64,000 nucleotides of DNA, taken from the UHGV virus genome UHGV-2025275. One strand, given 5' to 3'. The notes under the pieces were generated by a model that did no database searches, was not told the DNA's origin, and saw nothing but the letters and a program-made list of their open reading frames with translations. Below, in pieces: positions 56,584 through 64,000 of this stretch. The stretch is from a virus. A program made the translations under genes and the position numbers. Position 1 is the stretch's first letter; the number at the start of each line of letters is the position of its first letter.

Positions 56584-57517
56584 TTAATCAATTCCCGTTA
56601 TTTTAAAATGACGTCATCATAAGGCTGCTAATTATTAACAAGGAAATATGACGAAAGTTTGCATAATTTTGATGTACTATGAACAATTCAAGCATTAAAA
56701 GGGACTCTTGACGCTCGACTTCATAAAAGATAATCATCTAGGCAGCCTTGAGCAAGCTATAGAGTTGTTAAAAGTCATCCTATATATCTAAACCACTGTC
56801 TGGAGCAACTGTAACTTAGAGCGCGAACACTCAAGAATCCCCGCTGGTAGTGGCAACTTTTGACAATTCGCTCCCATCGCCGGTTGACTGGCCTGTCCTC
56901 AGTTGATTAACACATTTTGAGGTCAGCTATGTCCGCTTATGGCACATTGAAGACATTGCGATGGGCGATTTTTTTCTCTCGCGCGCGTGCGTGTAAATAT
57001 TAAAAATGTTTAGAAAATAAAAACTTACTTCCCAGAACAGGTTTTAATAAAACCTGAACTGAACGAACGAAGTGAGTGAAGTTCACCTCGAACGAAGTGA
57101 GAGGTTGTCTTTTCAGGTAATACTCTCCCAGGGAGGTGAGTACAAAATCTCCTCACCAACCTGGTCGTTACATAACCTGAAAAGTTATGACCTAAGTCTA
57201 CTGCCAGCTTAGGCTTGGGAAGTTATGGATGACAGCACCCCAGAACCGAGATCTTCCCACACTTTATGAAGGGGAGTACTGGATTCAACCTCTCGAAACA
57301 CTCCAGACTCGACAATCATAAAGTGACCCTTCTCTCCGCTCACTTTGGTTCCCCCTTCCCCAACCCCTAAGCGGTGCCGGTTCTACGCTGGTAGTGAGCT
57401 TTTTTAAACCTGACGCCAGTGACGCTATCCCCCACCCATCAGGTCGAGCTGCCGGAATCAATCCGGAAAGCGAGTGGATTTTATCACTGGCGATCTGCGT
57501 TTTAAATGGTAAGTACT

Positions 57518-57531
57518 TACCGATTATTTCG
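57518..57531. repeat. Dispersed palindrome family core (GGTAAGTACTTACC)
   Basis: Perfect 14-bp palindrome overlapping the stop of gene 57524-57754. Confidence 0.75.
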
Positions 57532-57754
57532 ATTGATTATTTTCTCGACCATGAAGCTGGACGTTCAGGGCAAACACCTCATTGATGAGTTCCCCTAACA
57601 GCTGCTCCACCAGCTCTTTGTGCTCGCCTGAATGAAGACATTTGAGCGACCATTCGTAGAGACTGAAAGCCTTATCGCGATCTTTCATCATGTCGCGCAC
57701 TTTGGCCAGAAAATCGCTCTCAACGAGCGCTACGACGTTCGTCGGGTATACCAT
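57524..57754 (-). CDS. Small hypothetical protein
   Basis: 76-aa ORF downstream of element B. Confidence 0.4.
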   Translation of the reverse strand: MVYPTNVVALVESDFLAKVRDMMKDRDKAFSLYEWSLKCLHSGEHKELVEQLLGELINEVFALNVQLHGRENNQSK

Positions 57755-57859
57755 GATAGTTTTCCTTACTGTGGTTCATAAAATCGATTCTAGAGCGTCT
57801 GAAGAGGGGTTCCAGTGGGTTCTGGAGGTGTAAAACGGTCTGGGAGTTGTTTGGAAATC

Positions 57860-57953
57860 ACGTCTTAAAAAGCCTGCGTCTGTATATATTAATAATTAGT
57901 ACTTAGTTATTTATATATATACGGAAGCAGGTTCTCAAACTAACTCCCAGACT
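57860..57953. repeat. Quasi-palindromic element B, the inverted copy of element A at 34273-34372
   Basis: AGCCTGCGTCTGTATATAT-TAATAATTAGTACTTAGTTATT-TATATATATACGGAAGCAGG...CTCCCAGAC. Its reverse complement aligns to element A along its whole length. Confidence 0.8.
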
Positions 57954-57958
57954 GGTGT

Positions 57959-58576
57959 TTACGCTGCCTTTTTACGTGGTCTCTTCTTCCTGACAACATT
58001 GGCAGGATCATAACCACCCAGCTTTTTCATCACCGCCAGCGGTATCTTGCTGATGGTGTGCCCAGCTTCCTGACAGTAGCCACGGAAGATAAGCAACATG
58101 CTACCACCAGGGTTGATGTTCACCTCCACCAGCCCAAGTTCAACATCCGGCTCAACGAACGCCACGCGGCCGCCAGACAAGATGACGGTTTCGTTGGCGC
58201 ATTCAGCCGCACGCTCGTACCACTGCGTATCGAGGGATTGTGGTATCAACATGACTGTCGTCACTCCACGCGCCTGCTCGCGAATGGCTGCGTCTATCCA
58301 GGGGGTGATTTTGGAGTAGGGCGGGTTAAGGAACGCCACAGTGCCAGGTTCTCCCCAGCTGCACTTGAGCGCATCACGCTCAACACCGATAAAGTTCGGC
58401 AGGAGGGCATTATCTTTGTTGCAGGCGACGTCCACATCGAACTTTACGCCTATGTAACGTTGGATGGCGACAAACAACCACTGCGGTGTGCGCCAAAGGT
58501 CGCGAAGAGAGGCATCACGCTCTCGCTTTTTGATTTTTTCGGCTGCGATCATTACTTTGCTTTGATAGGTAAACAC
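57959..58576 (-). CDS. dam: Phage-type Dam N6-adenine methyltransferase
   Basis: LWRTPQWLF near the N-terminus and FLNPPYS. 205 aa. The track start is a GTG overlapping palindrome 58565-58584; the ATG at 58552 is an alternative. Confidence 0.75.
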   Translation of the reverse strand: MFTYQSKVMIAAEKIKKRERDASLRDLWRTPQWLFVAIQRYIGVKFDVDVACNKDNALLPNFIGVERDALKCSWGEPGTVAFLNPPYSKITPWIDAAIREQARGVTTVMLIPQSLDTQWYERAAECANETVILSGGRVAFVEPDVELGLVEVNINPGGSMLLIFRGYCQEAGHTISKIPLAVMKKLGGYDPANVVRKKRPRKKAA

Positions 58577-58584
58577 TTACCTAT
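58565..58584. repeat. Dispersed palindrome family copy (ATAGGTAAACACTTACCTAT)
   Basis: Followed by TTTTTTC; it overlaps the annotated dam start. Confidence 0.8.
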
Positions 58585-58736
58585 TTTTTCATTTAATCCA
58601 ACGGATAGCAAACAAAGAAGAACGCGCCAGATCCGCAAACGGGAAGCTCTCTGGCGCGTTTATCGATGCTGGGTATGCGATTGGCTTACCCAGCGTCCTA
58701 AAGCTCTCAGGGGGCTTTAGATCGGGTAGGGGAACA

Positions 58737-59579
58737 TCATCCAATGGAATACTCCGCTATGAATTTTTTGACGATCGGCGACTCTTTATTAAGGGTTAGA
58801 TTTCCACCTTCCCTGGTGGCAATGCCAGTAGCTGGAAACACAGCCATCATCTGGCCAGCCTGAGTCGAAGCGGTGTTGAGCGGATATGGTTTTTCCGGGT
58901 TGCTCATTAGCGCCAGTTTAATGCTATTGCTGGTCGCCGTGTTCGCGTCAAGGATATGGCGCATTGCGATTACCGTGTAGACGCTGATTTCCGGCCCACC
59001 ACTAAACCAGTTCAAAAGGTTTAAGATCTTGTCTTTCGCTTTGACTGGCGCCCCTTCGAATGCGGCAGTAAAGCTCTCACTTTCCAGACCGGCTGTCGCA
59101 TAGAACGATTCGTCCTTACCTTCCAGCGTGAAGCGAGGTTTGGCCGGTGTACGCTCTGATTTTGCCTTCTGGCGTTTTGGCTGCTCTTCTTCAGGTTTAG
59201 GCTCTGACGCCACTGAAGGTAAAGGGGTTGGATCTGTACCGGTAGTCTCAGTACTTCGAGCGTCAAGTTCAGGCGCTGTCTCGTTCACTATCTCCGCAAC
59301 AAGGTCACGCTCTGGTTCCTCGACCTTCACCGATTCGTGCTCAATCTCAAGCTCTTCCAGAACGCTACTCAGATCGCCGGTAGAGCTGGCATTCATGACT
59401 TCATCCGCCACCGCCTCGACTGGTTTTGCGATTGCATCATCCAGACCAGAGAGAAGATTGTCGATCTCGTCGACACCGCTCATTTTCGCAGCTTTCTGCA
59501 CTGGTTCGTCGAGAGATTGCAACATTGCAGTCAGTTCGTCCAGGTCATCGTTTTTAACAGTGTTTGTAACTGCGCTCAT
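58737..59579 (-). CDS. Acidic hypothetical protein
   Basis: 281 aa from MSAVTNTV (ATG 59579) with a strong AAGGAG RBS. Acidic N-terminal half, Pro/Glu-rich middle. Confidence 0.5.
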   Translation of the reverse strand: MSAVTNTVKNDDLDELTAMLQSLDEPVQKAAKMSGVDEIDNLLSGLDDAIAKPVEAVADEVMNASSTGDLSSVLEELEIEHESVKVEEPERDLVAEIVNETAPELDARSTETTGTDPTPLPSVASEPKPEEEQPKRQKAKSERTPAKPRFTLEGKDESFYATAGLESESFTAAFEGAPVKAKDKILNLLNWFSGGPEISVYTVIAMRHILDANTATSNSIKLALMSNPEKPYPLNTASTQAGQMMAVFPATGIATREGGNLTLNKESPIVKKFIAEYSIG

Positions 59580-59707
59580 TTTTAACTCCTTATGTTTTCG
59601 TTGGTGCGTTTCCGCGTTTTGGTTGAGCGTATTCTGGCAAAACCTATCAGGCGGAAAAGTCATAATTACAGGCAGTTAGAAGAACTGAAGGCAAAGAAAA
59701 AGCGCCA

Positions 59708-60265
59708 TCAGGCGCTTTCGAATGGGAGTTCGAAGAAGCCGTATTTCTCTCGGGCTTTGAAGAAACACTGCATCATCAGGTCAGTATCGTAGAGAGCGCT
59801 GTGGGCCTTCTCACGGTCGTAAGTGAACCCAAGTGAGAACGCCAGCTCTTCCAGGCGTGGGCGCTTCCCATCCTCGGTAGCCCACAAGCCATCCAGCATG
59901 GAGTCAACCAGAGGGATATCTGGCAATTTCACCCCATAGCTACCGAACTCGTGGCGAATGAACGGAAGGTCAAAAGCCTCTCCGTTATGGGCGACTAACG
60001 CGCTACATGCGCCCATGTACGCAGCAATCTTGCCTGCGTGGTCAGCCAGTAGCGGTTCCGTCGCCAGATCTTCCAGTGAAATGCCATGCACTGCCTGCGC
60101 CTTCGGATCGATACTGCGACGCGGGTTGAAGCGCATCTCAAGGCTGTCGATGTGCTTCTGGGTTTCCAGTTCATAACGGGTTATCGCGATTTCGATAATT
60201 TTGTGGCCGGATGTGAAGTCCAGCCCTGTGGACTCAATATCGACGCCACCGACAATCGTGGTCAT
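59708..60265 (-). CDS. DnaQ-like (DEDDh) 3'-5' exonuclease
   Basis: Exo I VDIESTGLD, exo II VAHNGEAFDLPFI, exo III HSALYDTDL. Confidence 0.75.
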   Translation of the reverse strand: MTTIVGGVDIESTGLDFTSGHKIIEIAITRYELETQKHIDSLEMRFNPRRSIDPKAQAVHGISLEDLATEPLLADHAGKIAAYMGACSALVAHNGEAFDLPFIRHEFGSYGVKLPDIPLVDSMLDGLWATEDGKRPRLEELAFSLGFTYDREKAHSALYDTDLMMQCFFKAREKYGFFELPFESA

Positions 60266-60274
60266 TGGTACTCC

Positions 60275-60694
60275 TTACAGCTTCTTCGCGCCTTTCAGCA
60301 GTGCGCCACGCACAAACTGAGCAGCCTTTTTCAGTGCGTCCTCGCCACTTTCGCAGACGACCGGCTCGCGCCATTCGCCCGTTGATGTGTTGAGGATCTG
60401 GATTTGGTTGGTCTCCAGGCAGACGGACACGTACAAAACCGTACCGCCTGAGAGTTTGAGGTGCATAGGAAACAGAGGGCGCTTGGTGCCGCCATTGAAC
60501 TGCGACATCGCCACATTGATGGCTTCGCCAACCTCTTCCCCAACAAGCCCTTGAACGGACTCAAACACTGCGCGGATAGCCAGACGTGCTTCACGTTCAC
60601 TCATCAAAGAGCGGGATTGTTCGTCAGCAATGCGGATCAGTGCTTCAATCGCTTTACGATCTAATTCATCCGAGAGGGGAAGTTCATCTATCAT
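60275..60694 (-). CDS. Hypothetical protein
   Basis: 139-aa ORF, tightly packed with its neighbours. Confidence 0.45.
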   Translation of the reverse strand: MIDELPLSDELDRKAIEALIRIADEQSRSLMSEREARLAIRAVFESVQGLVGEEVGEAINVAMSQFNGGTKRPLFPMHLKLSGGTVLYVSVCLETNQIQILNTSTGEWREPVVCESGEDALKKAAQFVRGALLKGAKKL

Positions 60695-60757
60695 TCTGTT
60701 TTTCCTCGATTCATTTCGCGTGTCTTATTGTCACACTGCCCAACAGGGGAGCAATAT

Positions 60758-61402
60758 TCAGTGGAAGGTCACTCGTCCTGTTATACGGCGCTCGATGTTT
60801 TCAGCGGCTCTGTCCAGCACTCGCAATACCGATCTGGCTCGCGCTTCAACCGTGCGGCACTTTTCAGAGATAACGAACACCTGCAGATCGCCGGTTTGGG
60901 GAAGCGTGTTGATTTTCGTCAGCTCACCGCACATAAGTGCATCGATGCGAGCAACATAGAGACGGTCAAGCGATCCTCGCTGGGGACGCGCGAGATCTTT
61001 GCTGGAAAGCTCAACGCCCGGGCGAAGACCCGCGATAGCATTGAAGTTGGAAATGGCCGCTTTGTGGCAAAACTGCTCAATGTCGAGAGCCAGCTCGATG
61101 CAGCGGTCTTCGTTGGTCTGGCCGACCAGGTCAAGCGTATAAGCCATGACATCGGCTGGCGTGCGGTCGATAACAAAACCTTCAACGCCGCGGGTGATCA
61201 TCTCGATATGTCTGGCAATCTCCATCTGAACCTGAAGACGTTCGTAAAGGGGCAAACGCTCGCCAACCTTCACCCCCAGACTGCTCATCAGCTTGCCAAC
61301 GCCGGCATCCACATACGGAATGCCATAATGCGCATCGATGTATTTTGCCAGGGTTGTTTTTCCACTGCCCTGTGCGCCAGTGATTCCAATCCGGTAATCC
61401 AT
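60758..61402 (-). CDS. P-loop nucleotide/nucleoside kinase (dNMP-kinase-like)
   Basis: GITGAQGSGKTTLAKYI Walker A at the N-terminus; 214 aa; lies in the nucleotide-metabolism block. Confidence 0.55.
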   Translation of the reverse strand: MDYRIGITGAQGSGKTTLAKYIDAHYGIPYVDAGVGKLMSSLGVKVGERLPLYERLQVQMEIARHIEMITRGVEGFVIDRTPADVMAYTLDLVGQTNEDRCIELALDIEQFCHKAAISNFNAIAGLRPGVELSSKDLARPQRGSLDRLYVARIDALMCGELTKINTLPQTGDLQVFVISEKCRTVEARARSVLRVLDRAAENIERRITGRVTFH

Positions 61403-61878
61403 TACGACCTTCTGTATACGATCTGCAAAAAGCCAGGCTCATCCTCATTTGCACGTTGGGTATAAGCCGTTTCGACTGGTACGAACCCTAAAGAACGCAT
61501 CATTGGCGCCGGGAAGAACGCATCCGCGCCCGGCACATCCACGCCAATATGCGACAGCCAGATCTCTTCTACGTGTGGCATAAAGAGCGAGTAAATCTGC
61601 CCGCCACCAATCACCCAGACCGGATCTGGTAGTCTCAAAACGTCATCGATGCCAGCGGGGTAGAACCCATTGGGGATATAGCCACGAGAGCGCGTCAAAA
61701 CGAGGTTATGGCGCTCTGGCAGCGGGCGCTTGAGACTTTCCATCGTCTTACGTCCCATCACGACAGTGGCGTTTTTGGTGAGTTGTTTGAACAGTTTCAG
61801 ATCGGTCGGGCAACGCCAGGGAAGTTCGTTGCCAATGCCGATTTCATAGTTGCGGCCGACACCTGCAATCATCTTCAT
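61402..61878 (-). CDS. folA: Dihydrofolate reductase
   Basis: IGIGNELPW and VVMGRKTMESL motifs; 158 aa. Confidence 0.8.
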   Translation of the reverse strand: MKMIAGVGRNYEIGIGNELPWRCPTDLKLFKQLTKNATVVMGRKTMESLKRPLPERHNLVLTRSRGYIPNGFYPAGIDDVLRLPDPVWVIGGGQIYSLFMPHVEEIWLSHIGVDVPGADAFFPAPMMRSLGFVPVETAYTQRANEDEPGFLQIVYRRS

Positions 61879-62288
61879 TGGCTTACCTCATAGATGGTTG
61901 GTCGCTGGTGAGAATCTGCCAGCGCAGAACGCAGACGCGGATCATGAACCAGTGCGGCGATAAGTAAGTCGCCTTTGTGCTCTGCCAGCGTGCGCTTGAT
62001 ATGGGTTTCAAAACTGACACCGCGCGGAACTAGGTGGAGCCAGTCATAATCAATGCCGAAGTCCTTCAGCCAGCGTTTGGTTGGGCCTTCGAGCGCTTCC
62101 GGACGACTACTGATAAGCACCACTTCAGCACCGGAGCGAGCAAAACCACGCAACATGCGGCTGGTGGGAAAGATGAGTTCATCACCGGCAATGAGAGCGC
62201 CTGCATCCGCATCAGGCACTGCTTTGCGATGGCTGGCTCTCGCCAGCACACCCTCAATTTCACACAACACATACATCCCTCTGGCCAT
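61875..62288 (-). CDS. Hypothetical protein between thyA and folA
   Basis: 137 aa from MARGMYV..., whose ATG is 1 nt after the thyA stop; the longer track ORF overlaps thyA. Confidence 0.4.
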   Translation of the reverse strand: MARGMYVLCEIEGVLARASHRKAVPDADAGALIAGDELIFPTSRMLRGFARSGAEVVLISSRPEALEGPTKRWLKDFGIDYDWLHLVPRGVSFETHIKRTLAEHKGDLLIAALVHDPRLRSALADSHQRPTIYEVSQ

Positions 62289-62289
62289 A

Positions 62290-63405
62290 TCACACCGCCA
62301 CTGGAACCTTGATCCACGGAAGAGGGCTGTAGCCGCACACCTGCACGCCTTCCCATTTGAAGTCGTCCAGTTCGGCCCATTCATGCGGGAAGATGACAAC
62401 CGGGTCGGACTCTTTGGGCGGCTCGCGCTTCATCAGTTCCTCAACGCCTTCCATGTGGTTGTCGTAGAGATGAACGTCAAAGCCAAAATGCACGAATGCG
62501 CCAGCCATATGGCCGGTGATCTTCGCGAGGAAGTGGGTGAGAATGCCGTAACCGGCGATGTTGAACGGCATACCAACAAAGGTATCGACGCTGCGTTGAA
62601 CCAGGCATGAGTTCAGAATGCGTTTCGGGATGCCCAGCTCGTCCAGCATGTTCTCAGTAATGCCACCATCTCTTTCCAGAAGACACAGCATCTGGGTGTA
62701 AATGGACTCGTGGCCGTGGCGGTTGTGCTGGATGCCAATGTCGGTGGCCATAGTCAGTCGGGTCTCAAAGTCCAGCTCGCGACTCCACAGTGAAAACACG
62801 AAATGGCATGGCGGCAGCTTCATATCTTCCAGTTCGCCAACATTCCAGGCATTCAGCAGGATGCGACGATCTGTCGGGTTGGTGCGAAGCGTGTGAACGA
62901 TACGCTGTAGCTGGTCGATTTCACGGGACAACACAACGCGATCTTCACTTACGCCCAGATACCCCTCGACCTTGTACCCGCGCTCACGGAACGTGTCGAT
63001 TTTGCTCAAATACTCGCTATGGCTCACGATGCGGGTATCTTCCCACCGACGCCATTGTTTGCCATAGACCGGGCCTAAATCGCCATTTTCATCAGCCCAG
63101 GCATCCCAGATTTTGACGCCATTGTCTTTCAGGAACTGGATGTTGCCCGTTCCTTTGAGATACCACTCCAGCTCAATCAGTAACGACTTCAGGTTGACGG
63201 CTTTTCCGGAGATAAGTGGAACAGAGCCGCCCGTCAGCATGTAGTAGGAAGGGACATATGAAACGCTTTTTGTGCCGGTTCCGGTGCGATCACCCGCGTG
63301 AACGCCAGTGTTGAGCACCGTTTCAACCACTTTGGCATACGAACCACTGGCAAACTGACCGTTCGTAAAGTCTCGATTCAGTAGGGTAGACAAAATCAAC
63401 CTCAC
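62290..63405 (-). CDS. thyA: Thymidylate synthase (ThyA fold) with two insertions, 371 aa
   Basis: Aligns to E. coli ThyA from memory: DRTGTGT, IWDAWADENGDLGPVYGKQWR, RRILLNAWNVGELEDMKLPPCH (catalytic Cys), MPFNIAGYGILTHFLA, HLYDNHM. It carries roughly 30-aa and roughly 60-aa insertions relative to the 264-aa host enzyme. Confidence 0.85.
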   Translation of the reverse strand: MRLILSTLLNRDFTNGQFASGSYAKVVETVLNTGVHAGDRTGTGTKSVSYVPSYYMLTGGSVPLISGKAVNLKSLLIELEWYLKGTGNIQFLKDNGVKIWDAWADENGDLGPVYGKQWRRWEDTRIVSHSEYLSKIDTFRERGYKVEGYLGVSEDRVVLSREIDQLQRIVHTLRTNPTDRRILLNAWNVGELEDMKLPPCHFVFSLWSRELDFETRLTMATDIGIQHNRHGHESIYTQMLCLLERDGGITENMLDELGIPKRILNSCLVQRSVDTFVGMPFNIAGYGILTHFLAKITGHMAGAFVHFGFDVHLYDNHMEGVEELMKREPPKESDPVVIFPHEWAELDDFKWEGVQVCGYSPLPWIKVPVAV

Positions 63406-63582
63406 ACAAGATAAGTAAGTACATACATATTATTTTATACAAGTTTATCTGTCAGAAGTGTGTAAGGCTAGGAGGGGAGTAAAAAAAATGGTGGCTCTTA
63501 GGCCACCATTGCAATGAGCAATTAAGAACTTGGACAATAAAACACGCCCAGGCAATATATAATGATAAGTAGATACTTACAA

Positions 63583-63990
63583 TTATTTTTTTACCATCTC
63601 GTAAAGAGATGAGGCTTTCGCCTTCTCAACAAAGCGAGTCAGATCCACATCGCTGTAGGTTGGGGATTTGAGGATCTTGCCATCAGAAACTCTGAAGCCA
63701 ATCATCATGTCAGTCCCTTCAGCGTGGCGGAAGCCCAGATCTTCCTTGTCGTATTTGCAATTCTCTACCGCCACACGACGCTCTTCGGCGTCAGCCGGCC
63801 ACAGCTTGGTCATGTTGGAACGATGGATTTCTGCCACCAGCTCAACAATATCGATACCGAGAAAATCAGCCAGGCGGTAGGTCATCATGCAGGCAACGTA
63901 GATTTTATTCATCACGCGGCGCAGCTCCTGCACCAATTCGGAATCGCTAATCGGCTTCGCTTCGAGTTTGTCAGCCAGCGCATTCAGCAT
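63583..63990 (-). CDS. Putative MazG-like all-alpha NTP pyrophosphohydrolase
   Basis: 135 aa, helical, EEL-rich; placed in the nucleotide-metabolism block. The family call is tentative. Confidence 0.35.
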   Translation of the reverse strand: MLNALADKLEAKPISDSELVQELRRVMNKIYVACMMTYRLADFLGIDIVELVAEIHRSNMTKLWPADAEERRVAVENCKYDKEDLGFRHAEGTDMMIGFRVSDGKILKSPTYSDVDLTRFVEKAKASSLYEMVKK

Positions 63991-64000
63991 TAATGCAGCT

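Noticed and set aside
56900-57420. Possible tRNA or tmRNA gene in the AT-rich leader
   Set aside because: By eye I could not find a cloverleaf with a GTTC-type T-arm and acceptor-stem pairing. I could not run tRNAscan, so this is unverified rather than disproven.

Overview
This window is almost entirely phage DNA of the lambda-like siphovirus type, with most genes on the minus strand. It carries a plasmid-style maintenance corner, so I read it as a segment of a phage-plasmid, possibly SSU5/pHCM2-like; that placement is inference only, since no database search was possible.

Reading left to right on + coordinates:
- Plasmid maintenance corner: a ParA-type partition ATPase (minus strand, truncated by the window edge), an array of about eleven 14-bp tandem repeats (a candidate centromere), and a TacA/TacT-type RHH antitoxin plus GNAT toxin pair ending in a bidirectional terminator.
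- Lysis cassette (minus strand, lambda S-R-Rz/Rz1 order): holin-like protein, putative endolysin, i-spanin, and an overlapping out-of-frame o-spanin lipoprotein.
- Side tail fiber with a C-terminal S74 intramolecular-chaperone domain.
- A complete lambda-like tail module, J-I-K-L-M-H-(G/GT)-V. J is giant (4059 aa), with about 2,700 aa of tandem coiled-coil plus carbohydrate-binding-like modules inserted between lambda-J-like termini. H is a 1519-aa tape measure. G/GT has a predicted -1 frameshift.
- Head and packaging block: head-tail connector proteins, an Ig-like decoration protein, major capsid, scaffold, portal, TerL and TerS.
- A cluster of HTH, GNAT-like, ABC-ATPase and two ParB-nuclease-like genes.
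- A plus-strand SF2 helicase, followed by a low-GC plus-strand island of secreted proteins and lipoproteins.
- A long run of small minus-strand early genes, each preceded by its own copy of a conserved roughly 35-bp promoter-like element (11 copies).
- Downstream of these: an Rha-type antirepressor, a large gamma-class N6-adenine methyltransferase, a second lipoprotein (DUF1311), an AT-rich island carrying a DUF262/DUF1524 (GmrSD/BrxU-like) gene, a phage Dam, a DnaQ-like exonuclease, a P-loop kinase, DHFR, an insertion-bearing thymidylate synthase and a MazG-like protein.

Structure not explained by the genes:
- A perfect or near-perfect 20-bp palindrome, ATAGGTAAGTACTTACCTAT, is dispersed through at least 14 intergenic sites.
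- Two roughly 100-bp quasi-palindromic elements lie in inverted orientation about 23.6 kb apart; one is directly upstream of terS.
- Two roughly 180-bp direct repeats carry CCGTTTCCCGAAAA sub-repeats.
- A roughly 600-bp strand-skewed, GT-rich stretch has no credible coding potential.

No tRNA, rRNA, CRISPR array, integrase or transposase was recognised.
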